Source of the DNA: an uncultured Chitinophagaceae bacterium
Lineage (GTDB): Bacteria; Bacteroidota; Bacteroidia; Chitinophagales; Chitinophagaceae
Reading direction: 5' to 3'
DNA: 64,000 nucleotides
Assembly (NCBI GenBank): GCA_937981995.1
Contig: CALJNC010000028.1
Span: 2,444 to 66,443 of the forward strand
Positions 1 through 8,879 of this stretch are shown here, piece after piece. Numbering within the stretch: the stretch's first letter is position 1; every line of letters begins with the position of its first letter. The notes below the pieces were generated by a model, which was not told the DNA's origin, did not search any database, and saw only the letters and a program-made list of their open reading frames with translations. The translations under genes and the position numbers were made by a program.

Positions 1-2316
1 AAATGGGTACAAGATGAATGGAATAAGGAATTGAGTAAGATTCAAGTTTCAGATAAGAGTAAAGAGTCAATCTCAACATTACCAGCTTATAAAAAAAGCA
101 AAGACGATAAAAAAGTAATCTTTTACTCTGCTTTATACCATTGTATGATAGCGCCTAATATTTATTCCGATCATGATGGTCGTTACCGAGGGCGCGATGA
201 TAAGATTCATACAACCAATGGTGAGTTTGATTATTATACGGTATTCTCTCTTTGGGATACTTATCGTGCATTGCATCCTTTACTTACTATTATTGACAAG
301 AAGCGAACCAACGATTTTATCAAGACCTTTATAAAACAGTACGAACAAGGTGGTCGCTTGCCTGTTTGGGAGTTAAGTAGCAATGAAACCAATTGTATGA
401 TTGGCTATCATGCCGTGAGTGTAATTTGGGATGCGTATAACAAAGGCATTCGAGACTATGATGCCGAGAAAGCATTTGAAGCCATGAAAAGCATTGCCAC
501 AGAAGATAGCGAAGCACTAAGATCTTATATGCGCTATGGCTACGTGCGCGCCGAGGACGACCATGAAAGTGTGAGTAAAACCTTGGAGTATGCCTACGAC
601 GATTGGTGTATAGCACAAATGGCAAAAGCTTTAGGTAAAGAAAAAGATTATCAATATTTCGAAAAGCGTTCGCACAATTGGATAAACGTTTATGATCCTA
701 CAACAGGCTTTATGCGTGCAAGAAAAAACTCAACACTCATAGAACCATTCTCGCCCTACTTGGTAGATAATAATTATACCGAGGCCAACTCTTGGCAATA
801 TAGTTTTTATGTGCCGCATGAGTTTCAAGAATATTTAGCTTTAACAGGAAAGAATATTGATTTTCATAGAGAATTATTAAAGGCTAATAATAAAACTGAG
901 GGACGAAGTCAGTCTGATATTACTGGATTAATCGGTCAATATGCTCATGGAAATGAGCCTAGTCATCATATACTAAATTCAATGAATATTAATCATCCTT
1001 ATTTAGCTCATAATGATAAACGAATTAACCTGGTCCTTGATTCTTTTTATACCAATTTGCCAAACGGCTTAATTGGGAATGAGGATTGTGGTCAAATGAG
1101 TGCTTGGTACGTAATGAATTCTTTGGGTTTTTATCAAATTTGTCCGGGCAAAGAATCTTTCCTTTATCACAAGCCATTATTTGACTTCAAGATAAAAGCT
1201 GGTAATGGTAAATTAATTTCTTGTGATTACCCGATGATAGATACTAATACATATCTTGATTGGGGGACTAATGTTAAGTCTAATATTGATTCTTTTAGTT
1301 ATCTTGATTCTTCTATCAATTATAGCATTACCTATGAAAAAATAGAGAAAGATATGACATGTTTTGTCGGAACAAATATTGGTTTCTCGGCGCCTCCTAC
1401 TATTGCAAATCCATATTTATGTAATGTGAAAAGAAGTTTTAATGATAAGGAATTTGTAACGATTCAAACTCTTGATCAATTTTTTTTTAGGCGAACATTT
1501 GAACGAATGTTTAGTAATGTTTATTATCTGGATACAAATGTTTTAAACAACATGCCACTTGATGATGATTGGGAGGAATCTGGAGACACTACTTTTCTTT
1601 TAAATGGGGCTTTGAATTTTGAAGGTTTAGAACATGACTATGATACTACTGAAGTAAGAAAGTATTTTAATTACTTCAACGATCAGAGAATGATTTTTTA
1701 TTCAATAAACAACGGTGATTTTATTAGATATATCGATCCCTTTCTAATTAAAGACAATGCGAAATTAAATTTCTTTGTAACTAACGGAAGAGATTCAACT
1801 CCAATACAAACTGCCACCTTCACAAAACTCCCAGATGACAAAGAAGTGTTCTTAAAAAGCAAGTATGGTAAAACATATCATGCGGGAGGGCCAATGGGAT
1901 TGGTAGATGGTATCAACGGTAAAACCAATTGGCGAGCCGGTGATTGGCAAGGCTATCAAGGGCAAGATTTTGAGGCCGTCATAAAATATACCGGTGAGGA
2001 TGAAGTAGAAACCTTGTCGGCAAATTTTTTACAAGATCAACGGGCATGGATCTTTTATCCCACGGAGGTTTCTTTTTATGAAAGCTCTGATTCTCTTAAT
2101 TGGAATTTGATAGAAACAATTTCTTTAGAAAATAAAAAGAAAAGAGACGATGACAATGTGTCCATATTTAAAGTGAATACCAAGGAACATTTAAATGGAT
2201 CAACCACTAAGCTTTACTATAAAGTAAAAGCTAGGAATTACGGAGCACTACCCAAATGGCATCCAGGTGCAGGCCATCCAGCCTATATATTTATAGATGA
2301 AATAGAGTTAAAGTAA
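1..2316 (+). CDS. GH92-family alpha-mannosidase (5' end outside the window) with extra C-terminal carbohydrate-binding-like modules
   Basis: The frame is open from nt 1; the listed ORF only begins at an internal TTG at 31. YAHGNEPSHH and GNEDCGQMSAWYV are motifs I associate with GH92. The last ~170 aa (WRAGDWQGYQG...HPAYIFIDEIELK) resemble the discoidin-like tail of Bacteroidota glycosidases. Confidence 0.8.
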   Translation, partial: KWVQDEWNKELSKIQVSDKSKESISTLPAYKKSKDDKKVIFYSALYHCMIAPNIYSDHDGRYRGRDDKIHTTNGEFDYYTVFSLWDTYRALHPLLTIIDKKRTNDFIKTFIKQYEQGGRLPVWELSSNETNCMIGYHAVSVIWDAYNKGIRDYDAEKAFEAMKSIATEDSEALRSYMRYGYVRAEDDHESVSKTLEYAYDDWCIAQMAKALGKEKDYQYFEKRSHNWINVYDPTTGFMRARKNSTLIEPFSPYLVDNNYTEANSWQYSFYVPHEFQEYLALTGKNIDFHRELLKANNKTEGRSQSDITGLIGQYAHGNEPSHHILNSMNINHPYLAHNDKRINLVLDSFYTNLPNGLIGNEDCGQMSAWYVMNSLGFYQICPGKESFLYHKPLFDFKIKAGNGKLISCDYPMIDTNTYLDWGTNVKSNIDSFSYLDSSINYSITYEKIEKDMTCFVGTNIGFSAPPTIANPYLCNVKRSFNDKEFVTIQTLDQFFFRRTFERMFSNVYYLDTNVLNNMPLDDDWEESGDTTFLLNGALNFEGLEHDYDTTEVRKYFNYFNDQRMIFYSINNGDFIRYIDPFLIKDNAKLNFFVTNGRDSTPIQTATFTKLPDDKEVFLKSKYGKTYHAGGPMGLVDGINGKTNWRAGDWQGYQGQDFEAVIKYTGEDEVETLSANFLQDQRAWIFYPTEVSFYESSDSLNWNLIETISLENKKKRDDDNVSIFKVNTKEHLNGSTTKLYYKVKARNYGALPKWHPGAGHPAYIFIDEIELK

Positions 2317-2447
2317 CTTTGTATTATTCTTTGGCTTGGACGTTTATAGTAAGCTATAGGACTATTGGCACACTTAATAATAAAATGACATTTCAATCAT
2401 GATAAACTACTTCTTACTTATTAACTTTAAAAGATAAATCAAAGAAT

Positions 2448-3527
2448 ATGAAAAAGAAAAATGTACTTTATCTAGTATTAGTTATTTGTCTTCCATTGAT
2501 GTATGTAAGTTTTGGTTCCAATAGTAACGGCATTACTGGTAAGAGCACTTCCAGCTGTACGCCATGTCATAGCCATGTAAAAACTCCAGCTACCCAAGTT
2601 ACTGTAACGGGCATTCCATCAACCGGTTATTTTGCCGGTCAAACTTATGCCATGACGGTTACCGTTACTAATTCAAATTATAGTGGTACTCCAAATAAAT
2701 CTGGGTTTAATATAACTGTTAATAATGGTACGCTTACGGCAGGAACTGGTATGAATCTTACAGGAACCCAAGAGTTGGCTCACAATGCAGCTGTAATAAA
2801 CTCGGCTACTGGCGCGGCAACTTGGAATTTTGATTGGACGGCGCCTGCTCTTTCTATAATGACCTCAGTTGTTTTCTCAGCAGCAGGTAATGCAACAAAT
2901 GGTGATTTTGGAACAGGAGGGGATGCGCATAATAATTCTACTACAACCTTTCTTCAAGCTCCTTCTGCAGGGCCATCAATAAGTGGATTGAATTCCTCGG
3001 GCATAACTGATGTAACAGCTACTATTGATGCAATGATAAATGCCAGAGGAGCCTCTACGGCAGTGGCGATTGAATATGGTTTGACAACTGCTTATGGTAG
3101 TACACAAGCAATGAATCCGAATCCAGTTATGGGAGCGGCTAATGCAGTTACGGCTAACTTAACTGGTTTAAGCCCCAATACAACCTATCATTACAGAGTA
3201 AACGCTGTGAATACAATTGGCACGGCAAATAGTGTAGATAGTACTTTCAAAACAGCTTTTCCAAGTGCTGTAAGAGATGTTCAAGAGTTAAAATGCGTGA
3301 CTTTTCCTAATCCAGTTAGTGATATGCTAGAAGTAAAACTTGATGAGGAAATTGTAAATTCAGACCTTACACTTTATACAATAAAAGGGAAAGAAGTGAT
3401 TACTCAAATTACTGCCATAGATACTCGTACAATTCAAATAAACGTTTCAAAAATAGCTAAGGGAATTTATATACTTAAAATGGATATTAATGGTAAAATG
3501 CTCAATCAACAAATAGTTGTAAAATAA
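2448..3527 (+). CDS. Secreted T9SS cargo protein: CxxCH-containing N-terminal module, FN3-like domain, T9SS C-terminal sorting domain
   Basis: Signal peptide MKKKNVLYLVLVICLPL. Single CTPCH motif near residue 37. FN3-like stretch SPNTTYHYRVNAVNTIG. C-terminus FPNPVSDMLEV...GIYILKM...QQIVVK is typical of a type-A T9SS CTD. Confidence 0.65.
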   Translation: MKKKNVLYLVLVICLPLMYVSFGSNSNGITGKSTSSCTPCHSHVKTPATQVTVTGIPSTGYFAGQTYAMTVTVTNSNYSGTPNKSGFNITVNNGTLTAGTGMNLTGTQELAHNAAVINSATGAATWNFDWTAPALSIMTSVVFSAAGNATNGDFGTGGDAHNNSTTTFLQAPSAGPSISGLNSSGITDVTATIDAMINARGASTAVAIEYGLTTAYGSTQAMNPNPVMGAANAVTANLTGLSPNTTYHYRVNAVNTIGTANSVDSTFKTAFPSAVRDVQELKCVTFPNPVSDMLEVKLDEEIVNSDLTLYTIKGKEVITQITAIDTRTIQINVSKIAKGIYILKMDINGKMLNQQIVVK

Positions 3528-3550
3528 TTCAATTACCTTATTTGACTAGA

Positions 3551-3577
3551 AAGAGCCTCGTTTGGGGCTCTTTTTTA
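3551..3577 (+). terminator. Rho-independent terminator after the 2448-3527 gene
   Basis: aagagcc / ggctctt 7-bp stem with an 8-nt loop, followed by TTTTTT. Confidence 0.7.
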
Positions 3578-3703
3578 TTGCTAAACACTTAACAATTAGA
3601 TTTTGTAATATCTTAGAATATGGTTATCCTTGCATCAGAAAGAACGGTATCCAATCCCTGAATACTATTCAACTTCATTCTTAAATTTACTTTCAAAAAA
3701 TTA

Positions 3704-3721
3704 ATTGATACTTGTATCAAT
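3704..3721 (+). promoter_or_regulatory. Perfect 8-bp inverted repeat in the rho leader (candidate operator or leader hairpin)
   Basis: ATTGATAC-TT-GTATCAAT, 26 nt upstream of the rho ATG, inside a 219-nt intergenic leader. Confidence 0.3.
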
Positions 3722-3746
3722 CATTCCAAAATAATATTATTTACAC

Positions 3747-5453
3747 ATGAGTTATGACATTATTCAACTGAACGAAATGATCGTTCCTGAGTTGCAAGAT
3801 TTAGCAAAAAAATTAGATGTAAAGCCTATCAAAGGTTTATCAAAGCAAGATATAATATATAAAATATTAGATGCGCAAGCATTGCAAACTTCGGGTGCTA
3901 CAGCAGCTGCTCCCAAAATAAAGGAAGAAGCAAAACCTGTTAAAAAGAAAGTAGCAAAAAAAGCAGCTACAAAAGAAAAGGCAGAAGCAAAAAAAGCACC
4001 TGCTAAAAAGAAGGCAACTAAGAAAAAGGCTGAGGTGAAAAAAGAAGTGTTAGAGGACAAAAAAGAAGCCAAGAAAAAGCCAGAAGCAGAAAAGAAAGAG
4101 GCAAAGCCTCAAGCTGAGAAAAAAGATGATCAGCGAAGCGAACGACCTGCAAGAAAAGAAAAAAATAACGGTAACGATAGGAGAGAAAAGCAAGTAAGAA
4201 ACGATAAAGACACTTCTAAAGACAAATTGCCATTTGATAAAAAACCGCATAAAAACGCTGACGGAGATAAGAATAGACCACAACGAAACGAAAGACCGCA
4301 GCAGCCACCCAAGCCAAAACCTAAGTTTAAAATTGACCTTGATGGAATAGTAGATTCTGAAGGTGTATTGGATATGATGAATGATGGTTATGGTTTCTTG
4401 CGTAGTAGTGATTATAACTATTTAAGTTCGCCGGATGATGTATATGTATCGCATTCGCAAATAAAAAAGTATGGTTTAAAGCCTGGTGATACCATTACGG
4501 GTAATGTGCGTCCGCCAAAAGAAGGAGAAAAGTATTTTGCCATGACAGAAGTACTTACTATTAATGGTAAGAAGCCTGAAGATATAAGAGATCGTGTTCC
4601 TTTTGATTATTTAACGCCTTTATTCCCTTATGAAAAATTGAACCTTTGTACGGATCCTACTAATATTAGTACACGTATCATGGATCTATTTTCGCCTATT
4701 GGAAAAGGACAACGTGGACTGATAGTAGCACAACCTAAAACAGGTAAAACAATTTTATTAAAAGAGGTGGCTAACGCAATTGCGAAAAATCACCCTGAGT
4801 GTTACTTAATGATTGTGCTTGTAGATGAGCGACCTGAGGAGGTAACTGATATGGAGCGTAGCGTAAATGCTGAGGTAATATCTTCAACATTTGATGAACC
4901 AGCTGATAAGCATGTAAAAGTTTCAACAGTAGCGCTTGAAAAAGCAAAACGTTTAGTAGAAGTTGGTCATGATGTAGTCATTCTATTAGATAGTATTACA
5001 CGTTTAGCTCGTGCACATAATACAACCTCACCTTCAAGTGGTAAAGTATTAAGTGGTGGTGTAGAAGCCAATGCTATGCAAAAACCAAAACGTTTCTTTG
5101 GTGCTGCTCGTAAGGTAGAGCATGGAGGATCACTTACTATTTTGGCTACAGCCTTAATTGATACTGGTAGTAAAATGGATGAGGTAATATTTGAGGAGTT
5201 TAAAGGAACGGGTAATATGGAGCTTCAGTTGGATAGAAAACTTGCCAATAAGCGTATTTACCCTGCCATTGATATTATTTCTTCTTCTACCCGTAGAGAC
5301 GATTTGCTACATGGTAAAGAAGTTATCCAAAAATTAAACATTTTACGTGCGCATTTAGGTGATATGAACTCTGAGGAGGCCATGAACTTTATTCGCATGC
5401 AAATGCGCAATACCAAGGATAATGCGGAGTTTTTAGCTACAATGAACAAGTAG
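3747..5453 (+). CDS. rho: Transcription termination factor Rho with a long Lys/Glu/Ala-rich insertion
   Basis: Rho_N helix ([16 protein letters not shown]). CSD-like RNA-binding segment ([13 protein letters not shown]...DVYVS). Walker A QPKTGKT, then VDERPEEV and a RecA-like core through the C-terminus. Confidence 0.96.
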   Translation: MSYDIIQLNEMIVPELQDLAKKLDVKPIKGLSKQDIIYKILDAQALQTSGATAAAPKIKEEAKPVKKKVAKKAATKEKAEAKKAPAKKKATKKKAEVKKEVLEDKKEAKKKPEAEKKEAKPQAEKKDDQRSERPARKEKNNGNDRREKQVRNDKDTSKDKLPFDKKPHKNADGDKNRPQRNERPQQPPKPKPKFKIDLDGIVDSEGVLDMMNDGYGFLRSSDYNYLSSPDDVYVSHSQIKKYGLKPGDTITGNVRPPKEGEKYFAMTEVLTINGKKPEDIRDRVPFDYLTPLFPYEKLNLCTDPTNISTRIMDLFSPIGKGQRGLIVAQPKTGKTILLKEVANAIAKNHPECYLMIVLVDERPEEVTDMERSVNAEVISSTFDEPADKHVKVSTVALEKAKRLVEVGHDVVILLDSITRLARAHNTTSPSSGKVLSGGVEANAMQKPKRFFGAARKVEHGGSLTILATALIDTGSKMDEVIFEEFKGTGNMELQLDRKLANKRIYPAIDIISSSTRRDDLLHGKEVIQKLNILRAHLGDMNSEEAMNFIRMQMRNTKDNAEFLATMNK

Positions 5454-5489
5454 TGCACATTTCTTTTTGAATAAAATGTAAAAAAAACG

Positions 5490-5497
5490 TAAATTTG
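5490..5497 (+). promoter_or_regulatory. Bacteroidota-type -7 promoter box (TAnnTTTG)
   Basis: TAAATTTG, 15 nt upstream of the ATG at 5513. The TTG at 5495 used by the ORF track lies inside this box, which favours the 5513 start. Confidence 0.4.
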
Positions 5498-5512
5498 GTT
5501 CAAAGCCGTATT

Positions 5513-6625
5513 ATGAAACATTTGTACATTCTATTTATTCTATTATTTGTAGGTTCTTATTCCTACGCTCAGTCCGCTACGTATACCAATACGGGAGCGA
5601 TTACTGTGCTTGACAATGCACCTGCTTCAGTGTATTCTAGTGACATTACCGTTGCTGGCTTTACTGGTACGGTAAGCAATGTAGCTGTTATTCTTAACAA
5701 TTTTACTCATACGGCTCCGGCTGATGTTTCTATATGTTTAGAGTCACCTACTGGTCAAAAAATTCTTTTACAAGACGCTATGTGGGGAGCACCTGCAAGC
5801 GATATTACCTTCATGATTAGTGACTTAGGCACTAGTCAGGTTGGGGTATGGGATTTACCTTCCAATGGCACGTATAAACCAACTGCTAATAATGCACTGG
5901 TAAGCTTTAATAGTCCTGGCCCGGGTGTTGGATATAACAATCCTGGTCCTGCGGCAAGCGGTACAGCAACAATGGCCTCTACTTTTGGCGGAACTAATGC
6001 AAATGGTACTTGGAAACTTTGGATTATTGATGTGAGTGGTGGAGATGCCGGTATGGTGAATGGTGGTTGGAATTTAATTCTTAATCCAAATGCTGTATTA
6101 CCTGTTGATTTAGCAAATTTCTCAACTTCATGTGAGTCAAACAATATATTAAATGTGAGTTGGACTACGCACAATGAGCAAAACTCAAAAGACTTTACAA
6201 TTCAAGTAAGCCCTGATGGGTCTTTCTTTGAGGATGCTAAGGTGATTAATGCTTCAGGAAACTCTCAAATAGAAATGACGTATAAAGCAGCAATTGCGAT
6301 GCCTTATGCTAAGACGTTTGTTAGATTAAAATTAGCAGACTTGAATAATCAATTTACGTATAGCGAAGTATTAGAAGCTAGATGCGGGGCTAACTTGCCA
6401 ATTAAAGTATCTCCTAATCCAATCGTAAACCATTTTGTAATAGATAATCCAAGTGCAGAGTTGATGCAATATATCCTAACGGATATTAATGGTAAAACCA
6501 TTTTAGAAGGAACATCTAAATCAGTTCATCACACAGTAAACTTATCAGAAAATTTAGTGAATGGTATTTATATGTTGAAAGTAATATCTTCAAAAGGAGA
6601 AAATATTTTCAAACTTAGAAAATAA
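5513..6625 (+). CDS. Secreted T9SS cargo protein with a stand-alone proprotein-convertase P-domain-like module
   Basis: Signal peptide MKHLYILFILLFVGSYSYA. GTVSNVAVILNNFTHTAPADVSICLESPTG...GTWKLWIIDVSGGDAG..GGWNLIL resembles a P-domain. An LPVDLANF..W module and the C-terminal SPNPIVNHF...GIYMLKV...FKLRK CTD follow. Confidence 0.6.
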   Translation: MKHLYILFILLFVGSYSYAQSATYTNTGAITVLDNAPASVYSSDITVAGFTGTVSNVAVILNNFTHTAPADVSICLESPTGQKILLQDAMWGAPASDITFMISDLGTSQVGVWDLPSNGTYKPTANNALVSFNSPGPGVGYNNPGPAASGTATMASTFGGTNANGTWKLWIIDVSGGDAGMVNGGWNLILNPNAVLPVDLANFSTSCESNNILNVSWTTHNEQNSKDFTIQVSPDGSFFEDAKVINASGNSQIEMTYKAAIAMPYAKTFVRLKLADLNNQFTYSEVLEARCGANLPIKVSPNPIVNHFVIDNPSAELMQYILTDINGKTILEGTSKSVHHTVNLSENLVNGIYMLKVISSKGENIFKLRK

Positions 6626-6643
6626 TTCATTCAAAAAATCATA

Positions 6644-6677
6644 TAAAAAATAGCAGCTATTAGCTGCTATTTTTTTT
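6644..6677. terminator. Bidirectional Rho-independent terminator between convergent genes
   Basis: atagcagc / gctgctat stem flanked by an A-run on the left and a T-run on the right. It overlaps the cinA stop codon. Confidence 0.7.
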
Positions 6678-7890
6678 GCCACTTATTTTGAAGTACTTTA
6701 ATCAGAAACTGAAAAGTAGCTGATACAGCATATTTGGAGTTTAATTTTCTGTCATAGGGTAAATTAAATTTATGATAGGTTGTTGTGTCAGGTGTACTAA
6801 CAGCCGCATAGAAATATTGATCCTGACCTTCTAAAAAGCCTGTAGTAGATAAGCCAATATCAGCATTGAATTTTTCTTTTACTTTTTCAGCCATTGCTTT
6901 GGCTGCTTCCTTACTTACGGCTTCATTCTTATCTAAAATATCAGTAGCAATACCTAGGATGTTATGTTTTGATTCTACAGAGTATGTAACAGTTGATCCT
7001 TGAAAAATTGTTGATGCTCCACTCATTGATACTATTTGGGCAGCTATATTACCACCAGTACAGCTTTCAGCGATAGCAATTTTTTGACCGCTTGCGGTAA
7101 GCATATTATAAATGATTTGTTCTAAAGAAAGATCTTCTGTACTTATAGTAATGTCTTTTAATAGTGCCGTTAAAGTTTTAAAAGAATCATCTAGCTCTTC
7201 CTTTAGTTTATCATCTGCGCTGAGGCGCAACCTTACTTTACCAAAGTTAGGCAAATAAGCTAGCTTAATGCCAGTATGCAAACCAGCCTCATAATCAATA
7301 AGCTTATTGGCAATGAATGATTCCCCCATACCTGAGGTGATCAAGGTTTTATGTAACAAGCTGCCTAGCAAAAATTTATCGGAAAGAATGGGTAGAATCC
7401 TATCGGAAACTAAATGCTTCATTTCAAACGGTACACCAGGAAGAGAAAAGTACAATGTGTCATTCTCTGAAAACATCATGCCGGGGGCTGTACCAATATC
7501 ATTAAAAAGAACATCGCATTTTTCTGGCAACAAAGCTTGATCCAAATTTACTTGTAGGATTTCTCTTTTTCGTTTTTTAAAGAATGCCTCAATGTGTTCT
7601 AGGATTCGTTCATTTGTTTTTAATTCTGTATCAAAGTATTTACACAATACTTCTTTTGTTATATCATCATTTGTAGGTCCTAGGCCACCTGTTATTATTA
7701 CAATATCGCTTATGCTTTCAGCTTGTTTAACTGCATCTATAATTTCGGCTTCATTGTCAGCAATAGCAATGCGTCTTTTTATTTTTATTCCAATTTTATT
7801 AAACTCTTGCGCAATCCAGGCTGAGTTAGTATCTATTATTTGACCAATAAGCAATTCATCGCCAATTGTAATTATGGTAGCTGTTATCAT
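6667..7890 (-). CDS. cinA: CinA-family competence/damage-inducible protein (MoCF-like domain plus NMN-deamidase PncC-like domain)
   Basis: N-terminal TIGDELLIGQIIDTNS and C-terminal IAIAESCTGGNIAAQI motifs; 407 aa. Confidence 0.9.
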   Translation of the reverse strand: MITATIITIGDELLIGQIIDTNSAWIAQEFNKIGIKIKRRIAIADNEAEIIDAVKQAESISDIVIITGGLGPTNDDITKEVLCKYFDTELKTNERILEHIEAFFKKRKREILQVNLDQALLPEKCDVLFNDIGTAPGMMFSENDTLYFSLPGVPFEMKHLVSDRILPILSDKFLLGSLLHKTLITSGMGESFIANKLIDYEAGLHTGIKLAYLPNFGKVRLRLSADDKLKEELDDSFKTLTALLKDITISTEDLSLEQIIYNMLTASGQKIAIAESCTGGNIAAQIVSMSGASTIFQGSTVTYSVESKHNILGIATDILDKNEAVSKEAAKAMAEKVKEKFNADIGLSTTGFLEGQDQYFYAAVSTPDTTTYHKFNLPYDRKLNSKYAVSATFQFLIKVLQNKWQKK

Positions 7891-8297
7891 GAATTAAATT
7901 CTTTTTTTAAGATATTCATCATGCGCTCATGCGGCATACATCGTTTTCCTGTTTTGCTATCTACAAAAACCAATGTTACTTCTCCTTTATGAATAAGTTG
8001 ATTTTCCTCATTGTAAAATTCATGTAGGAAGCTGATAAAAGGCAATTGGTCCAAAGACTTTATTTCTGTTTCAATCGTTATCAAATTATCATATTTAGCT
8101 GGTCTAAGATATTTGGAATTTACTTTAACAATAGGCATCTGCACTCCATCATCTTCAAGCTCTTTGTAACTGTACCCAAATTCTCTTATCATTTCAGCCC
8201 GGGCGATTTCATAGTACATACAGTAATTGCCGTAATACATAAAACCCATTTGGTCCGTTTCGCCGTATCGTACTCTTTTTTGATATTTGTGTTTCAT
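7887..8297 (-). CDS. Acyl-CoA thioesterase, YbgC/4HBT hot-dog family
   Basis: RVRYGETDQMGFMYYGNY signature; 136 aa; 4-nt overlap with the cinA start. Confidence 0.8.
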   Translation of the reverse strand: MKHKYQKRVRYGETDQMGFMYYGNYCMYYEIARAEMIREFGYSYKELEDDGVQMPIVKVNSKYLRPAKYDNLITIETEIKSLDQLPFISFLHEFYNEENQLIHKGEVTLVFVDSKTGKRCMPHERMMNILKKEFNS

Positions 8298-8306
8298 AGT
8301 TTATAT

Positions 8307-8336
8307 AAAAAAAAGTGCTAACAAGTTAGCACTTTT
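8307..8336 (-). terminator. Rho-independent terminator after the 8355-8834 gene
   Basis: aaaagtgctaac-aa-gttagcactttt 12-bp stem. On the minus strand it is followed by a T8 run. Confidence 0.7.
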
Positions 8337-8354
8337 ATATTAGTTGTTTATTTA

Positions 8355-8834
8355 TTATTGATAAGTAAAAAGAACTGTATCTCTTACTGTTTGTTGGGCT
8401 TCACCATTATCACTTGCAACAATGATTAATCGGCAGTTGGTAGTGCCGCTTCCTGTAATAATTTCAATACGTTCATTAAATCCGATTCCATCTTTACCAA
8501 CTACCGGCAAACCTTTAGTAAGTAATTTAGTGCCGTGAGTCAAATCGTCTACATCAATTGTTACGCTGCCTAATTCTCCTTTTCTAAACCCTGGGTCATG
8601 AATATCATTTTTAGCTGATTCAAGATCAGTTACTGTTCCTACTATAGCTACATGATTGCCATATAAATAGGATTGATTAAATGCTGGTACTGAAATACTG
8701 ATTACTGGAGGGATAGTGTCCAAACTTGCATCATACGCAAATCGATCATTATTTTCTCTAACACATGAAGAAAAATTAATAACAAATACAAATAGAATTG
8801 CGATGCTTAATATGGGTAAAAATAATTTTTTCAT
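8355..8834 (-). CDS. Small lipoprotein of unknown function (possibly DUF4625-like)
   Basis: MKKLFLPILSIAILFVFVINFSSC lipoprotein signal. The ATG at 8834 is preferred over the ORF-track start at 8864 because a -7 box lies between them. Confidence 0.6.
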   Translation of the reverse strand: MKKLFLPILSIAILFVFVINFSSCVRENNDRFAYDASLDTIPPVISISVPAFNQSYLYGNHVAIVGTVTDLESAKNDIHDPGFRKGELGSVTIDVDDLTHGTKLLTKGLPVVGKDGIGFNERIEIITGSGTTNCRLIIVASDNGEAQQTVRDTVLFTYQ

Positions 8835-8852
8835 TCTTTTGGCCTTGTTACT

Positions 8853-8860
8853 CAAATATA
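8853..8860 (-). promoter_or_regulatory. Bacteroidota-type -7 promoter box (TAnnTTTG)
   Basis: Minus-strand TATATTTG, 18 nt upstream of the ATG at 8834. Confidence 0.4.
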
Positions 8861-8879
8861 CCAAAATTATTGGCTTTGT

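Noticed and set aside
2366-2371. TGGCAC hexamer upstream of the 2448 gene as a second sigma-54 promoter.
   Set aside because: The -12 position after N5 reads ATAA rather than TTGC. The spacing-correct element is missing.
3764-4312. Three antisense ORFs (102, 77 and 60 aa) opposite the 5' part of rho.
   Set aside because: They lie opposite the Lys/Glu/Ala-rich low-complexity insertion (AAA/GAA/GCA repeats). Their translations are Phe/Leu/Ser-rich low-complexity strings. This is a frame artefact, not genes.
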